Part shown: in pieces, positions 27,239 to 39,330 of the stretch
How the letters are laid out: each line of letters begins with the position of its first letter
How positions within the stretch are numbered: the first letter of the stretch is position 1
Assembly: GCF_009914755.1 (NCBI RefSeq)
Contig: NC_060931.1
Strand: one strand, 5' to 3'
DNA length: 64,000 nt
Source of the DNA: the human T2T-CHM13v2.0 reference genome, Homo sapiens
Translations under genes and position numbers: made by a program
Notes under the pieces: model-generated
Told to the model about the DNA's origin: nothing
The model's input: only the letters and a program-made list of their open reading frames with translations
The model's database searches: none

Positions 27239-28378
27239 GATGCACACGAAGGACATACAGTACACATTGTGAGCCATGACAAACACAGGTTTATGTCTGT
27301 GCTTATTTATGAAAAAAATAGTTTACTTACCAAACACTTATTTATCCTCTTGTGAAAGTTAGTATTAATCCTCTTGTGAAATGAACTCTGGTATTTTCTA
27401 TTCTGCTCAATCGCATTGCACTTTTTTCACACACGAGTTAAGTACTTTTTTGATTTTCACACACCAAAATGCATCTCGACTGTGGTTGATAAATACTATT
27501 TTAGGCCATTTTCAGTAAAATTAAGGAAGAGAACGGACAAGCTATGAAGTGAGGAGTATCAAGAGCTAATTTTCAACATGTGGGCACCCCTCTATCTCCT
27601 GGTCAACCCCAGCCATTTGTACACAATGCCCCATCTCTCTGCATAACACCCAGGCTAATTTTACTTAAAAGAGATACAGCTCTGTTGTTTCAGCCTAGGC
27701 ACAAAAGGAAAAGAGGAATCACAGAGGAATCAAATGCATGGCTATAATGTCCTCACTAACATCTTTCAATTTACCCTTGACCCCTCTTCTCTGTCTGTCT
27801 CATCAGGAAGTGAAGCATTTCAGGCTTGCTCCCATGTCTATAGCTGTTCTGCCTGTGCACGTTTGATATCATTGCATCTTCAACCTGATCTCGTTCACTT
27901 CTGTTTCAGAAGCTACTAGTAATGTCTGTTCTACCAAGAATTCTCCCTTGGATTTTACAGTGTTAAACTGTATTTATTTATGTCTGTTATGTCATTTCTG
28001 GGGCTTGAGGCAGGATGGGTAGCTATAATGTGTTTGGTTTACTCCCTTGAACTAGAAACCTGGGCTATCTTTGCCAAGAAACATTGTTGTCAACCAGAAT
28101 TTTTGCTGATTTAAGGAGTATGCTAGTCTTTTATGATATAACTAATGGAAGCTTCTATTAAGGAAATACCTCTGTGACTTGTACTAGGCCTGGATGGAAG
28201 GCCATCCCATCAGAGCTTGGAAGTACGCCGTGAGACAGTGCTGATAGACAGAGTGAAAGTGCTGCTCAGGAAAGGAACTCCTGGATCTATGGGTCTCAGT
28301 GGACATGGCAGAATCATGCAATTCAAATTCAACTTAACAAGAAAACATTGTTTGCTAACTTTAAAAAAATAGTTATTC

Positions 28379-29882
28379 TTTTCTCCCATTTTGTAGGTTG
28401 CCTGTTCACTCTGATGGTAGTTTCTTTTGCTGTGCAGAAGCTCTTTAGTTTAATTAGATCCCATTTGTCAATTTTGGCTTTTGTTGCCATTGCTTTTGGT
28501 GTTTTGGACATGAAGTCCTTGCCCATGCCTATGTCCTGAATGGTCATGCCTAGGTTTTCTTCTAGGGTTTTTATGGTTTTAGGTCTAACGTTTAAATCTT
28601 TAATCCATTTTGAATTGATTTTTGTATAAGGTGTAAGGAAGGGATCCAGTTTCAGCTTCCTACATATGGCTAGCCAGTTTTCCCAGCACCATTTATTAAA
28701 TAGGGAATCCTTTCCCCATTGCTTGTTTTTCTCAGGTTTGTCAAAGATCAGATAGTTGTAGATATGCGGCATTATTTCTGAGGGCTCTGTTCTGTTCCAT
28801 TGATCTATATCTCTGTTTTGGTACAAGTACCATGCTGTTTTGGTTACTGTAGCCTTGTAGTATAGTTTGAAGTCAGGTAGTGTGATGCCTCCAGCTTTGT
28901 TCTTTTGGCTTAGGATTGACTTGGTGATCGCAACCTACTCATCTGACAAAGGGCTAATATCCAGAATCTACAATGAACTCCAACAAATTTACAAGAAAAA
29001 AACAAACAACCCCATCAAAAAGTGGGCGAAGGACATGAACAGACACTTCTCAAAAGAAGACATTTATGCAGCCAAAAGACACATGAAAAAATGCTCATCA
29101 TCACTGGCCATCAGAGAAATGCAAATCAAAACCACAATGAGATACCATCTCACACCAGTTAGAATGGCAATCATTAAAAAGTCAGGAAACAACAGGTGCT
29201 GGAGAGGATGTGGAGAAATAGGAACACTTTTACACTGTTGGTGGTACTGTAAACTAGTTCATCCATTGTGGAAGTCAGTGTGGCGATTCCTCAGGGATCT
29301 AGAACTAGAAATACCATTTGACCCAGCCATCCCATTACTGGGTATATACCCAAATGACTATAAATCATGCTGCTATAAAGACACATGCACATGTATGTTT
29401 ATTGCGGCATTATTCACAATAGCAAAGACTTGGAACCAACCCAAATGTCCAACAATGATAGACTGGATTAAGAAAATGTGGCACATATACACCATGGAAT
29501 ACTATGCAGCCATAAAACATGATGAGTTCATGTCCTTTGTAGGGACATGGATGAAATTGGAAATCATCATTCTCAGTAAACTATCACAAGAACAAAAAAC
29601 CAAACACCGCATATTCTCACTCATAGGTGGGAATTGAACAATGAGATCACATGGACACAGGAAGGGGAATATCACACTCTGGGGACTGTTGTGGGGTGGG
29701 GGGAGGGGGGAGGGATAGCATTGGGAGATATACCTAATGCTAGATGACAAGTTAGTGGGTGCAGCGCACCAGCATGGCACATGTATACATATGTAACTAA
29801 CCTGCACAATGTGCACATGTACCCTAAAACTTAAAGTATAATAAAAAAAAAGAAATAATAAAAGTAATACCTATAAAAAAAA
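28379..29882 (+). mobile_element. 5'-truncated, 5'-inverted (twin-primed) L1PA2
   Basis: Antisense ORF2 segment 28379-28928 joined to sense 3' ORF2/3'UTR 28928-29851; young-L1 diagnostics (GAGATCACATGG, CCAAATGACTAT; GAG-derived AAG rather than the L1HS-Ta ACA); imperfect TSD A7(TAGT)TATTCTTTT / A8TATTCTTTT. Confidence 0.93.
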
Positions 29883-31923
29883 TATTCTTTTTCAATATTA
29901 TTTTGTTTATTAAGTTCCTTGCTTTTCCATATGGATTTTAGGATCCACTCATTAACTTATACAAACAAGGGAGCGGGGATTCTTTCCTGTTCTTATTTAT
30001 TTGTGTGTCTCCATTTTCTCCCTTGAAAATTGGACATTTAAAATAATCCACTGCGTGAACTTTGGAAATCAGATTTCCCCCTACTTTTTACTGTTTGCTG
30101 CTGTTGTTGTTCTTTGTTTAGAAACTTCATGCATTAATTTTGGAAATTCTCTATTCTTTTTCACATGTGGTCATGAAGGCTTTGGTTAGCTTAGTGATCA
30201 GCTGATGATTAGACAGAGATTTCTAGTCTTATTGATCTGGAACCAATAGGGCTCCCAAATCTACCAGTGTACTTCTGTGTGTGTTTGGGCACACCTCAAC
30301 ACTCAGCCAGACATTGGACAACTCTGCCTTAGCTCTCCCTTCCTGCTTAGGAAGTGCCTCAAGGTCAGACAGAGGTGAGAGCTTAGAGTCTTCAGTCATT
30401 CTTTACCATACCTACATCTCTGCATATGTACTTGGCCTTCTAGATTCAAAAAAAAATATGATGTAACTTTTCAACATTCCTGTGGAAACTGCATTTCCCA
30501 GTCTTACCTTTTAAGCTTTTTGGTTAGTCTAGGGTTTCTCCCAACTATTATGTAGTGCCATAGGTGACTCAGAAGTTAAACAATTGCCTCAATACATCCA
30601 ACAGTGTCCCCCAAGTCAAAGGCTTTCTGTACTGGGCAAGCACCAAATCACATCATATAAGCACAGCTTTGTGAGCAGGCCCTTTCAGAGAACTATCAGG
30701 CAGGTCAGATCATGACAATTCTCTGGAAATGAGGCACCTCACTGAAGGTACCTCACCCTGTTCCTGCCACTCCAGTGGCAGCTAGGTTGGTGGTTTTCAC
30801 TGTGTTTGCAGACAACTGGTTACAAAGACTACCACAGAGCTAGGGGTATGGTTGAGGATGGGAACAGGAAAAGTTAAAACACTACAAGGTCACTGGTCTT
30901 ACCAAAATTTGGCCATTTTCCTGGAGTAAATGTTCTCCAGATTTGTATGAGGCTTTGGTTAAATTCCGTGTTTCTGAAAAGTTGATTCTCACAATTTTTG
31001 TCAGTTTTTCCATGACATTTAAGAGGAGAAAATATTCAGAGGTTCTTCCTCTGCCATTTTCATTGACATCCTATTTACTTTTATTTAATTCATAATATTA
31101 TGTACAAAAAATATTTAGTACACATCTGGGGTATTGGCTATGATCAAGAGAATAGCTTAGTCCTAAACATAACCATAAGTTAAGAGGAATTCTTTACTGT
31201 GGGATTTCATATCTGGTCCTGCCCTATGGGGCAGTTTACTGTGAGTTTACTTACCTCTGAGCCTTTCTATAAACACACCTGCCCCATATCCCATTCTCAA
31301 GGGATCTGTTTGCTAACTTACCAGGTAATTAATTTAGGGTCAAGTGCTAATGACTCATAATGGCATAATATGTAATCATCCAAATCACATTTTCAGGATC
31401 GCCAAGGGCTTCTGTATCTTAATCCAAAATAATAAGCAATGTGGGGATTATTGGCTCCTTAAGAAGATCAATCTCTCTTACATAGAATGAGCTCTGAACC
31501 AGACACTTAGCCTAAGACAAGTCAGGGTGATTTGTGGAGTTGAAATGTTTTTCACTGAAAATGCCAGAATGTTACTTTTTTCAAAACGTCTGAATAATGT
31601 TGGATTTCCTATCGCCTCTAATTCATTGTCTCTGTTTACTTTGCAAGTATAGAAAATATTGATGAAAATGATCATCAATATGAAAGTAAAATGCTCCAAA
31701 TTAATACCTTTTTTCTATGACAAAGAAACCTTTACAAGTGGAAATAACTTGTATCTTCACAAGGCCACATTTTTAGGTCACAATCTGGACTAAAGATTTT
31801 ATCTAAAATTTTTAAGCATTTATCTTTGCAAAATAGTTAAGCACAATTTTTAATAGTTATTTAGAAAACATTGGCCATAACCCTAATCTATACTTATTAA
31901 TATGTGTCCTTAGAACTCAAAGG

Positions 31924-31926
<3 letters not shown>

Positions 31927-31976
<50 letters not shown>
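31927..31976. repeat. (TC)25 microsatellite
   Basis: Pure TC run. Confidence 0.98.
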
Positions 31977-31982
<6 letters not shown>

Positions 31983-34265
31983 TGTATATAAAATTGCTGG
32001 TGCTAGTTGCTATGGTCAACATTTAAAGTGCTAAGCACAACACGAAATCTAAAATTCTGTCAGAAAGAAGCTATTTCTACCACTTGAAAAATTTCCTCTC
32101 TGCCCAGACACTGCTTACAGCTTTCTGGCATGTGACTTAGGAACAAAGCCATGATTCTTTTACCGGAGAAGGTTTGGGGATATACTTTGAATGTTAAGTT
32201 ATTTGGGATGATGTTTTTTGTCATTTGATGCCAGCTGCCACTGTTCATGCAGAATTGAGATATCAGTTAAACTAAAGCAGATGCAAAATAGATATTATAT
32301 CTAGACTAAGTATCATGCTTAGAATATAAACACATATCTACAGTGCTTTTTTATAAAGATAAGGCTATGAATATTTTAGTAATGTTTGGTTTTCCAAATA
32401 GAATTTAGATTTGATCTGCATAGTGCTAAAACCTCTTTAAGAACACCACCACATACTTGGGTTTTGTGATTATTTGGATATGATCAGGGTTAGGTTGTCC
32501 TTTCCGTAAATGAAGAACAGGTTGAAGAAATCAATTGTATAAAAATGTTATAAGTGGAGTTCTCAGTTGACTCCACTTTCCTCTAGCTCTAAATTTGTGA
32601 TGATGTGATCTTTTTGCAAGCACCATTTACATACTGATGTACTTGTTACATTTCATTCTAATTAGTCATTAACATATGTCTTCTAAGGACAGTTGAGGAA
32701 GCATTCTCTTACCAGAATTTGTTATGAGTTTTTTGCTTTTTCTTGTTTCTCTTTCCCCTTCTTTCTTCAAAATGACAAGAGAGTTTTCTTTGCAGTCATT
32801 TGAAAGTGGCTCAGTTGAGTTAGAGTGAGCTCATTAATTGTAGATTTGTGGTAACCATAACTAATTTTTGAGGAAGGCATGGCACAGATGACTGTATCCA
32901 CCAGAAACAAGTTTCTTATTCCCTGATTCAATCACCCAGGGGATTGGTTCTGCTGGGGCAGGGTGAAGGGAACAGTTTTCAGGGTGTCAGGTAAAAACAG
33001 AGACGCTAGTAACGGTGTAAACACTTGTTTCTCCAGGGAAATATCTGGACCTGGCTCAAGACGGGACTCTTGTTCTTGACTTTCCTCCTTCCTGTGTCTT
33101 CTCAGATTCTCAGCCCAGTGATGACGCTGTCCTCCCACTCTGCATTCCCTAGATCACACACAAGGCTGTGAATGCTTGTGTACCTCATGTGCTGGGCATT
33201 TCCAAGAACCAGTGGCTTCCTGTGAAAGCTGATTCACAAGTATGTTTTCAGCTTACTGTGTGAGCAATTAAATCCACTGCTGTCATCCACAGTAAAAACT
33301 CTCCACATGCTGCTTCACAGACCTTTTTTTCCCTTTGGTTTTAAACAGAGATGTTTAATGAAGATGAGATTTTTATTTCCTTTTCCATATATAGGAGCTA
33401 CTGAATGTAAGGGAGAAAGAACATGGCTTAATATGGTGAAAGTAATGGAGGCAGTATATAATTATCATTATCTGCTACAATTAAGGCAGCATCACGCTGT
33501 CTTGTGACAGTTTATTGTGGTGTGTGGGGATGCAGTAAAGTGATATTTATACCCCCATGACTGCCTTGCCATTCAGAAATCCATAACTCTATAAATGCAT
33601 TCTGTGGCTATAGAGCATATGTCTTCAGCACTTCCCTATTAGGCTGGGTCTTTACATTGAGAATGTGGCCCATGAAATGAGAATAAGCTCATAGAATAGA
33701 TCAGAAAGTAAAAAGCTGTTCAACAGCAATGATGAACAAAACCTTCACCTGTGCAATAAGGGTGTTGGGATCTATTGGTAAAAGGCCTGGGGCCCGTCTG
33801 GTGATAGGCCAGGACCCTGAGGCAGGGCTGGATAAGATGGAGAGGGCTGCATTGCACCATGCATTGCAGAAGAGGCACACTCATTTCAAGAAAGGATACG
33901 GGCTTGGCTGAGCGACACATGCAACTAAAACTCAAGACACACATTCTAACTTTCTCTCAAGCTGGAGTCGGGAGGCTGGCATACAAAGAGGACAATGTAA
34001 GGCTAGTTATCACATGCCAATGACGGTGGTGAAGAACCACGTGTTCCATGAGACGTGGCTGTCTAGACCATGTTGTGCAGAAAAAAACTTGAGTGAGACA
34101 TGGGAGCTGAAATCAGTGTTCTGAGCTGGACAGGACAGAACCTCTAAGACAACCAAGGGGCATTTGAGTGCTGGCTTTGCCAGAGCAACTAGTGTGGGCA
34201 TCATCCTGTTTACTGCCTGTTGCATGGAGACATGATGGTACCCACTGGATATGGCTGTGGCTAAG

Positions 34266-34623
34266 TGTATTATTCCGTTCCTACGCTGCTATGAAGAAAT
34301 ACCCAGACTGGGTAATTTATAAAGAAAAGAGGTTTAATTGACTCACAGTTCTGCATGGCTGGAGAGGCCTCAGGAAACTTATGATCATGGCAGAAGGCAC
34401 CTCTTCACAGGGTGGCAGGAGAGAGAATGAGTGTAGGCAGAGGAAATGCCAGATGCTTATAAAACCATCAGATCTCGTGAGAACTCACTCAATATCATGA
34501 GAACAGCGTGGGGAAAACCACCCCCATGGTTCAATTACCTCCACCTGGTCCTGCCCTTGACACAGGGGGATAATTAGAACTCATGGTGAGATTTGGGTGG
34601 GAACACGGAGCCAAACCATATCA
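34266..34623 (-). mobile_element. THE1 solo LTR (THE1C/D-like)
   Basis: TGTATTA...CCAAACCATATCA; perfect TSD CTAAG at 34261-34265 and 34624-34628. Confidence 0.92.
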
Positions 34624-34889
34624 CTAAGGTTCGCTTATCTAATGTGTAGAAAGGGTTCAGGGCAATGTCTATAACATAGCTATCACTCAATTTAGGTTGC
34701 TGTTATTATTATCATTTTCATGATAGAGTTATTATTATTATTCCAGAACAGCCAAAGCCTGCACCATCTATTCCAGCATATTTCGAGATTTAAAAGTACA
34801 CCACTATTTCATTCTAAAGGAATGACTTGCCAAGATTTAAATTTCAAGTACTTTGACACCTAGGGGAATCTCCACCATGTTGGGGCTGC

Positions 34890-35350
34890 AGGGGGTACAA
34901 GGCCCCTCATTGTACCCTTCTGGTGCCTCTCCACCCTGCTCAGTGCCCCAGGAGGCTGACTGGCAGAAGCTCCATTGCCCTTTGGTGTTTGACTGTGTTT
35001 GGCCAGTGGGAGGCACTGGAAGGAGTTGCAGGATGGAAGGGAAGTGAGGCCAGAGCGTTTGCACCCAACTCCCTGCCCACCCATTCCCTGAACCAGAGCT
35101 AGAACTTCCACCAGGCAGCCTTGCCGTTCGGCCACCCTTCCCGGGTTGCAGGGCCTGCTCTCCTTCTGCATCTTCCTCAAGCCTAGAAGGGGGAATGCCT
35201 TCCCAATGACAAGCCCCAGGTACTGCACTATCCTTGGGTGGTTTCCCTAAATCTTGCCCATGCCTTCAAAAAAAAAAAAGGGGCCCTGTATTAAACTTTC
35301 CTTCACTTCCCAGTGTGAGTGTGCTTCCTGCCTCCTGCCGTGGGTACTTC
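34890..35350 (+). mobile_element. LTR33-like ERVL LTR
   Basis: CCACCCTGCTCAGTGCCCCAGGAGGCTGAC, GGCCAGTGGGAGGCACTGG, CCCTGTATTAAAC...TGAGTGTGC motifs. Confidence 0.7.
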
Positions 35351-37062
35351 CTGTTGTCCTTTAAATCACACCTATATAATTGTTTCCATGACTTCAAAAC
35401 TATTTATAGCATACTTTACCTCATCCCTTTCTGTTCTCACCAACTAAAATAGCTTATATTTTAACCTTTGTCATAGAGACACACAAATACACACCTAGTA
35501 CCTAAACAAAGCAGAGGAGAGGCAAATTAATCCTCTGTGCCTACGAATATGTTAATTTTTAAAAGCATTACTGAGATGCTTAGTAAAGTAGCAGGTGTTG
35601 TGAAATTGCATTTTTATTACCCTTCCCCATATCAGGCAAGAAAGTTATGGTCTCTTCAGCTATTTTACCATTTGCTAAATGTTCCCAGTCAGTTAGCACA
35701 GATAATGCTTTTTTTTAAAATCATATTTAGGCAATTAGAAACTTTTGGGTTAATTAATTTTGCATATTAGAAGACAGGACTTTAATATAAATTTAAGGCA
35801 ACGGGTTTAATATTGTAAATAATAACAGTTATCACAAACCATAAACATATTTATAATTTATATGCATGAAAATAGAGTCTGCTGTTAAAATATTGAAAAT
35901 TAAGATAACACAGCTTTCAGCCTCAAAATGAAAACTTTCTGCATAGCTACACTCTCTAAGTAAGACATATTTGGCCAATGACTTAATATAAATGAATGGC
36001 AATTCTTTATTCAGACATACCATTATTTTCTAATGCATGTAGCATATTCAAAAGATGCATATGTTTCCAAAAATTATACCATCAAATGTGATAAGAAAGG
36101 AAGTTATGATGAAGGGTAAATAGGAGTGGGAGAACAAAGAAGCCAGGAATTGGGTTTGAAAGTAATGTCCATGTCCTGAAGGCCTCTACAATGAGCTATG
36201 CATCCTCCCTTTTTTATCATATTCAATGGTACAATTTTTGGAAAGATATGAGGGAAATGCAATTGGCTACCCTATGTTTATTATCTAGAAGATGAAAATA
36301 ACCACCTAGTCAGGTAATGCAGATTTCTTCCCAGCACCAAGATAAAGAGATGTTTACTCATTAATGAGACACTGTGGCAACGGAAGGAAAACCAAGCTCC
36401 ACAGGAGCATTCATCTGATTTCCTAAGACTATTTTATTTATTGAGCTCCTCAATGTAGACAGATGGAGTAACCCAAACGGCAATTTAGTGGTAGCAATTC
36501 TTTGGGGGGAAAAAGCTGAGAATGTTGCAATCCAGGTAAACATCTCGATGATGGCTCTAATGATTGCAGCTGTCAATTAACTGATACTCCCACATTTTTG
36601 TTGCAATGGCAGAGAATATGAAAGTCCTAAGGACAAAAACAGCAAACCGTCCTTGAGAATTTACATGTGGAAGATGAGAGCCTGAGCCTGTGGGGCCTGA
36701 CTCCAGGCTCCCAGAGGCAACATGTGGCTCCATTTGGACTTCAGAAAAGCAGGGGAAAAGAATGACGAGGAGGCACAAAAGTTATTTTAAAACCAGGATG
36801 TAGTTGTAACAAATACAGCTGGAAAAGAGGAAATGAGATTTTTAAAATACAAGAAAAGATAGCGAAAAAGAGCCTCTGTTCCCGTTAATACCTCCTACTG
36901 TGCTACCAAAGTTCAGGGATTGCAAATGGCTGTAATCATTTGGCCACCGCCATGGACTGGCCTGTTAGCAGCAAAGTCAGGTCTGATGGCAGGTTCCACT
37001 CTGACATCTCAGCTCCATATTTTAGGGTTATTTGCCTCTCACCTTGAAAAACACCTACTGCA

Positions 37063-37075
37063 GTTAATTATTAAC
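37063..37075. promoter_or_regulatory. Perfect HNF1 palindromic site
   Basis: GTTAATTATTAAC matches GTTAATNATTAAC; lies within the 17-bp inverted repeat CAGTTAATTATTAACTG; function untested. Confidence 0.5.
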
Positions 37076-37826
37076 TGTCACCTTCACATCACCCAGAGCG
37101 GGCTGATGTTACAGAACAGCCTCAGCCAACTCTCATCTAAACTCTGGGTTTAGTTTTCTAGTTTTTGTTTTGTTTTATTTTGTTTCAGGCATCATACCTA
37201 AATAATGCCTAAACATCTTTCTCCTAGTAGGCAGATTATTTTTTCCTTCTAAATGTAATTAAAGATACAAACTCAGGCTGTGTTTGTGCTTGCCAAGAAA
37301 AGAACAAGCTAGATTTGGTGGCCTTCACAGTATTTTTTTTAGTATTTTAGGTTTCTCCATTATCTCAATAAAAGTCCATTTTAATACATTGAAATATTTG
37401 AAATATATTTATAAAAATTATGCGTTAAGTAATTTAGAACTAAACAACAAATCGGTAACATATAATACTATTTAAAGCAAATATCATCAAGGGTCAATTT
37501 CCTTAATGCAAAAAAAATCATGCAAATCAATACGTGAGAAAAGAAATAGACCAACAGGGAAAAATAGATAAATATTATGAGCAGACAGTTTACAGGAAAA
37601 ATGATATATAAGAAGATGCATATATCTTAAAATATATTGGTTGAATAATATCCTATCTTAAACATTTTATTTCTACTTAAACCATATAAATGTATACTTG
37701 CTAACCGATCTTTTGACATAGTTTTTCATGTTTCTCTTATTATATAACTCTACCCATCATGTATTGCCTTTTATTTCCAATTTTGATTTCATCAAAGCAT
37801 AGCAAAACATAAAAACCTTGTAAGTA

Positions 37827-38028
37827 CTGACAATGATGGTTTCCAGCTTTACCCATGTCCCTGCAAAGGACATGAACTCATCCTTTTTTATGGCTGCATA
37901 GTATTCCATGGTATATATGTACCACATTTTCTTTATCCGGTCTATCATTGATGGGCATTGGGGTTGGTTCCAAGTCTTTGCTGTTGTGAACATGTATGCC
38001 AGGACTTGTAGTAAACAACAACAACAAC
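37827..38028 (+). mobile_element. Tiny twin-primed older L1PA (inverted 160-bp piece, ~25-bp 3' end, (AAC)n tail)
   Basis: Antisense L1 37827-37990; CATGTATGCCAGGACTTGTAGTAAA resembles the L1 terminus; TSD AAACCTT(GT/CC)AAGT(A/G)C, 12/15. Confidence 0.75.
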
Positions 38029-38080
38029 AAACCTTCCAAGTGCAAAATCTCTGTAGATTTTTCCTTTTTTCCCCTCAGTC

Positions 38081-38945
38081 TTTTTTTTTAACAGCTTTGC
38101 TGAGGTATAGTTTTCATAGCATAAATTTCACTCATTCAAAATGTATAATCATCCAGCCTGAGCAATTGGTTAAGACTCCCATCTCTAAAGAAATTTAAAT
38201 GAAAAAATAAATACGACGTGGAAATCAATGATTTTTTTAGTATGCTTACAGAATTGTACACCCATCGACTGAATTTAATTTTAGAACATTTTTGTCACTC
38301 CAGGAAGAAACCTTATGCATATTAGCAGTCACTCCCCACACCCCTTCCTCCTACTCCCCAGACCAAGCAGCTGCTGCTTCCTGTCTGTGTAGATTTTCAT
38401 TTCCCTATTCTGCACGTTTCGTATAAAAGGAATCATGAACTACGTGGTCTTTCATGACTGGCTTCTTTCATTTAGGATGAAATGTTTTCAAAGTTCATCC
38501 ACGTTGTGGCATGTATCAGTACTTTATTCCCTTTAGTGGCTGAATAATCTTCCACTGTATGGATGTACCACATTTTGTTTATCCGTTCATTAGTCAGTGG
38601 TCATTTGGGCTACTTACCCTTTTTGACTATTGTAAATAATGCTGCTCTGAACATTTGTGGGTGTGCAAGTGTTTATCTGGGCATGTGTTTTCATTTCTCT
38701 TGGGTATATACTCAGGATTGAAATTGCTGAGTCAAATGGTAACTCCATGTCTAACATTTTGAGGAACGCCAGACTGTGTTTCACAACAACTTCACCATTT
38801 TAACAGTCCCACCGGTAATGTATGGGTTCGAATTTCTCCACATCCTTTGCATCACTTGTTATTATCTGACTTTTTTATTATAGCAATTTTAGTGGTTGTG
38901 AAATGGCAACTCATTGTGGCTTTGAGTTGATACTCCCTTGTAGAA
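38081..38945 (-). mobile_element. L1MB 3' end with an embedded Alu-monomer fragment (~38150-38215)
   Basis: TTTTAACAGCTTTGCTGAGGTATA start, CAAAGTTCATCCACGTTGTGGCATGTATCAGTACTT, GGAATCAT motifs. Confidence 0.85.
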
Positions 38946-38986
38946 AAACAAGAGTCAAACTTACGTTTTAAAAAATATATGCTTGG

Positions 38987-39284
38987 GGCCGGGCGTGGTG
39001 GCTCACACTTCTAATCCCAGCACTTTGAGAGGCTGAGGCAGGTGGATCACCTGAGGTCATGAGTTCAAGACCAGACTGGCCAACATGGCAAAACCCCGTC
39101 TCTACTAAAAATACCAAAAATTAGCTGGGCATGGTGGTGGGCGCCTCTAATCCCAGCTACTCAGGAGGCTGAGGCAGGGACAATTGCTTGAACCCAGGAG
39201 GCAGAAGTGGCAGTGAGCCAAGATTGCACCACTACACTCCAGCCTGGGCAACAGAGCAAGACTCTGTCTCAAAAAATAATAATA

Positions 39285-39286
<2 letters not shown>
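38987..39286 (+). mobile_element. Alu SINE (AluSx/Sz-like), followed by (AC)20 at 39287-39326
   Basis: GGCCGGGCGTGGTGG start, dimer; flanks share TGCTTGG. Confidence 0.96.

Positions 39287-39330
<44 letters not shown>

Noticed and set aside
28379-29882. L1HS-Ta assignment for the inverted L1
   Set aside because: The diagnostic 3'UTR trinucleotide reads AAG (CpG-decayed GAG), not ACA or ACG, which fits L1PA2.
32552-32578. AAGTGGAGT/ACTCCACTT 9-bp hairpin (and a similar one at 12983-13009) as miRNA or terminator
   Set aside because: Stems are too short for a pre-miRNA and occur at chance frequency in 64 kb.
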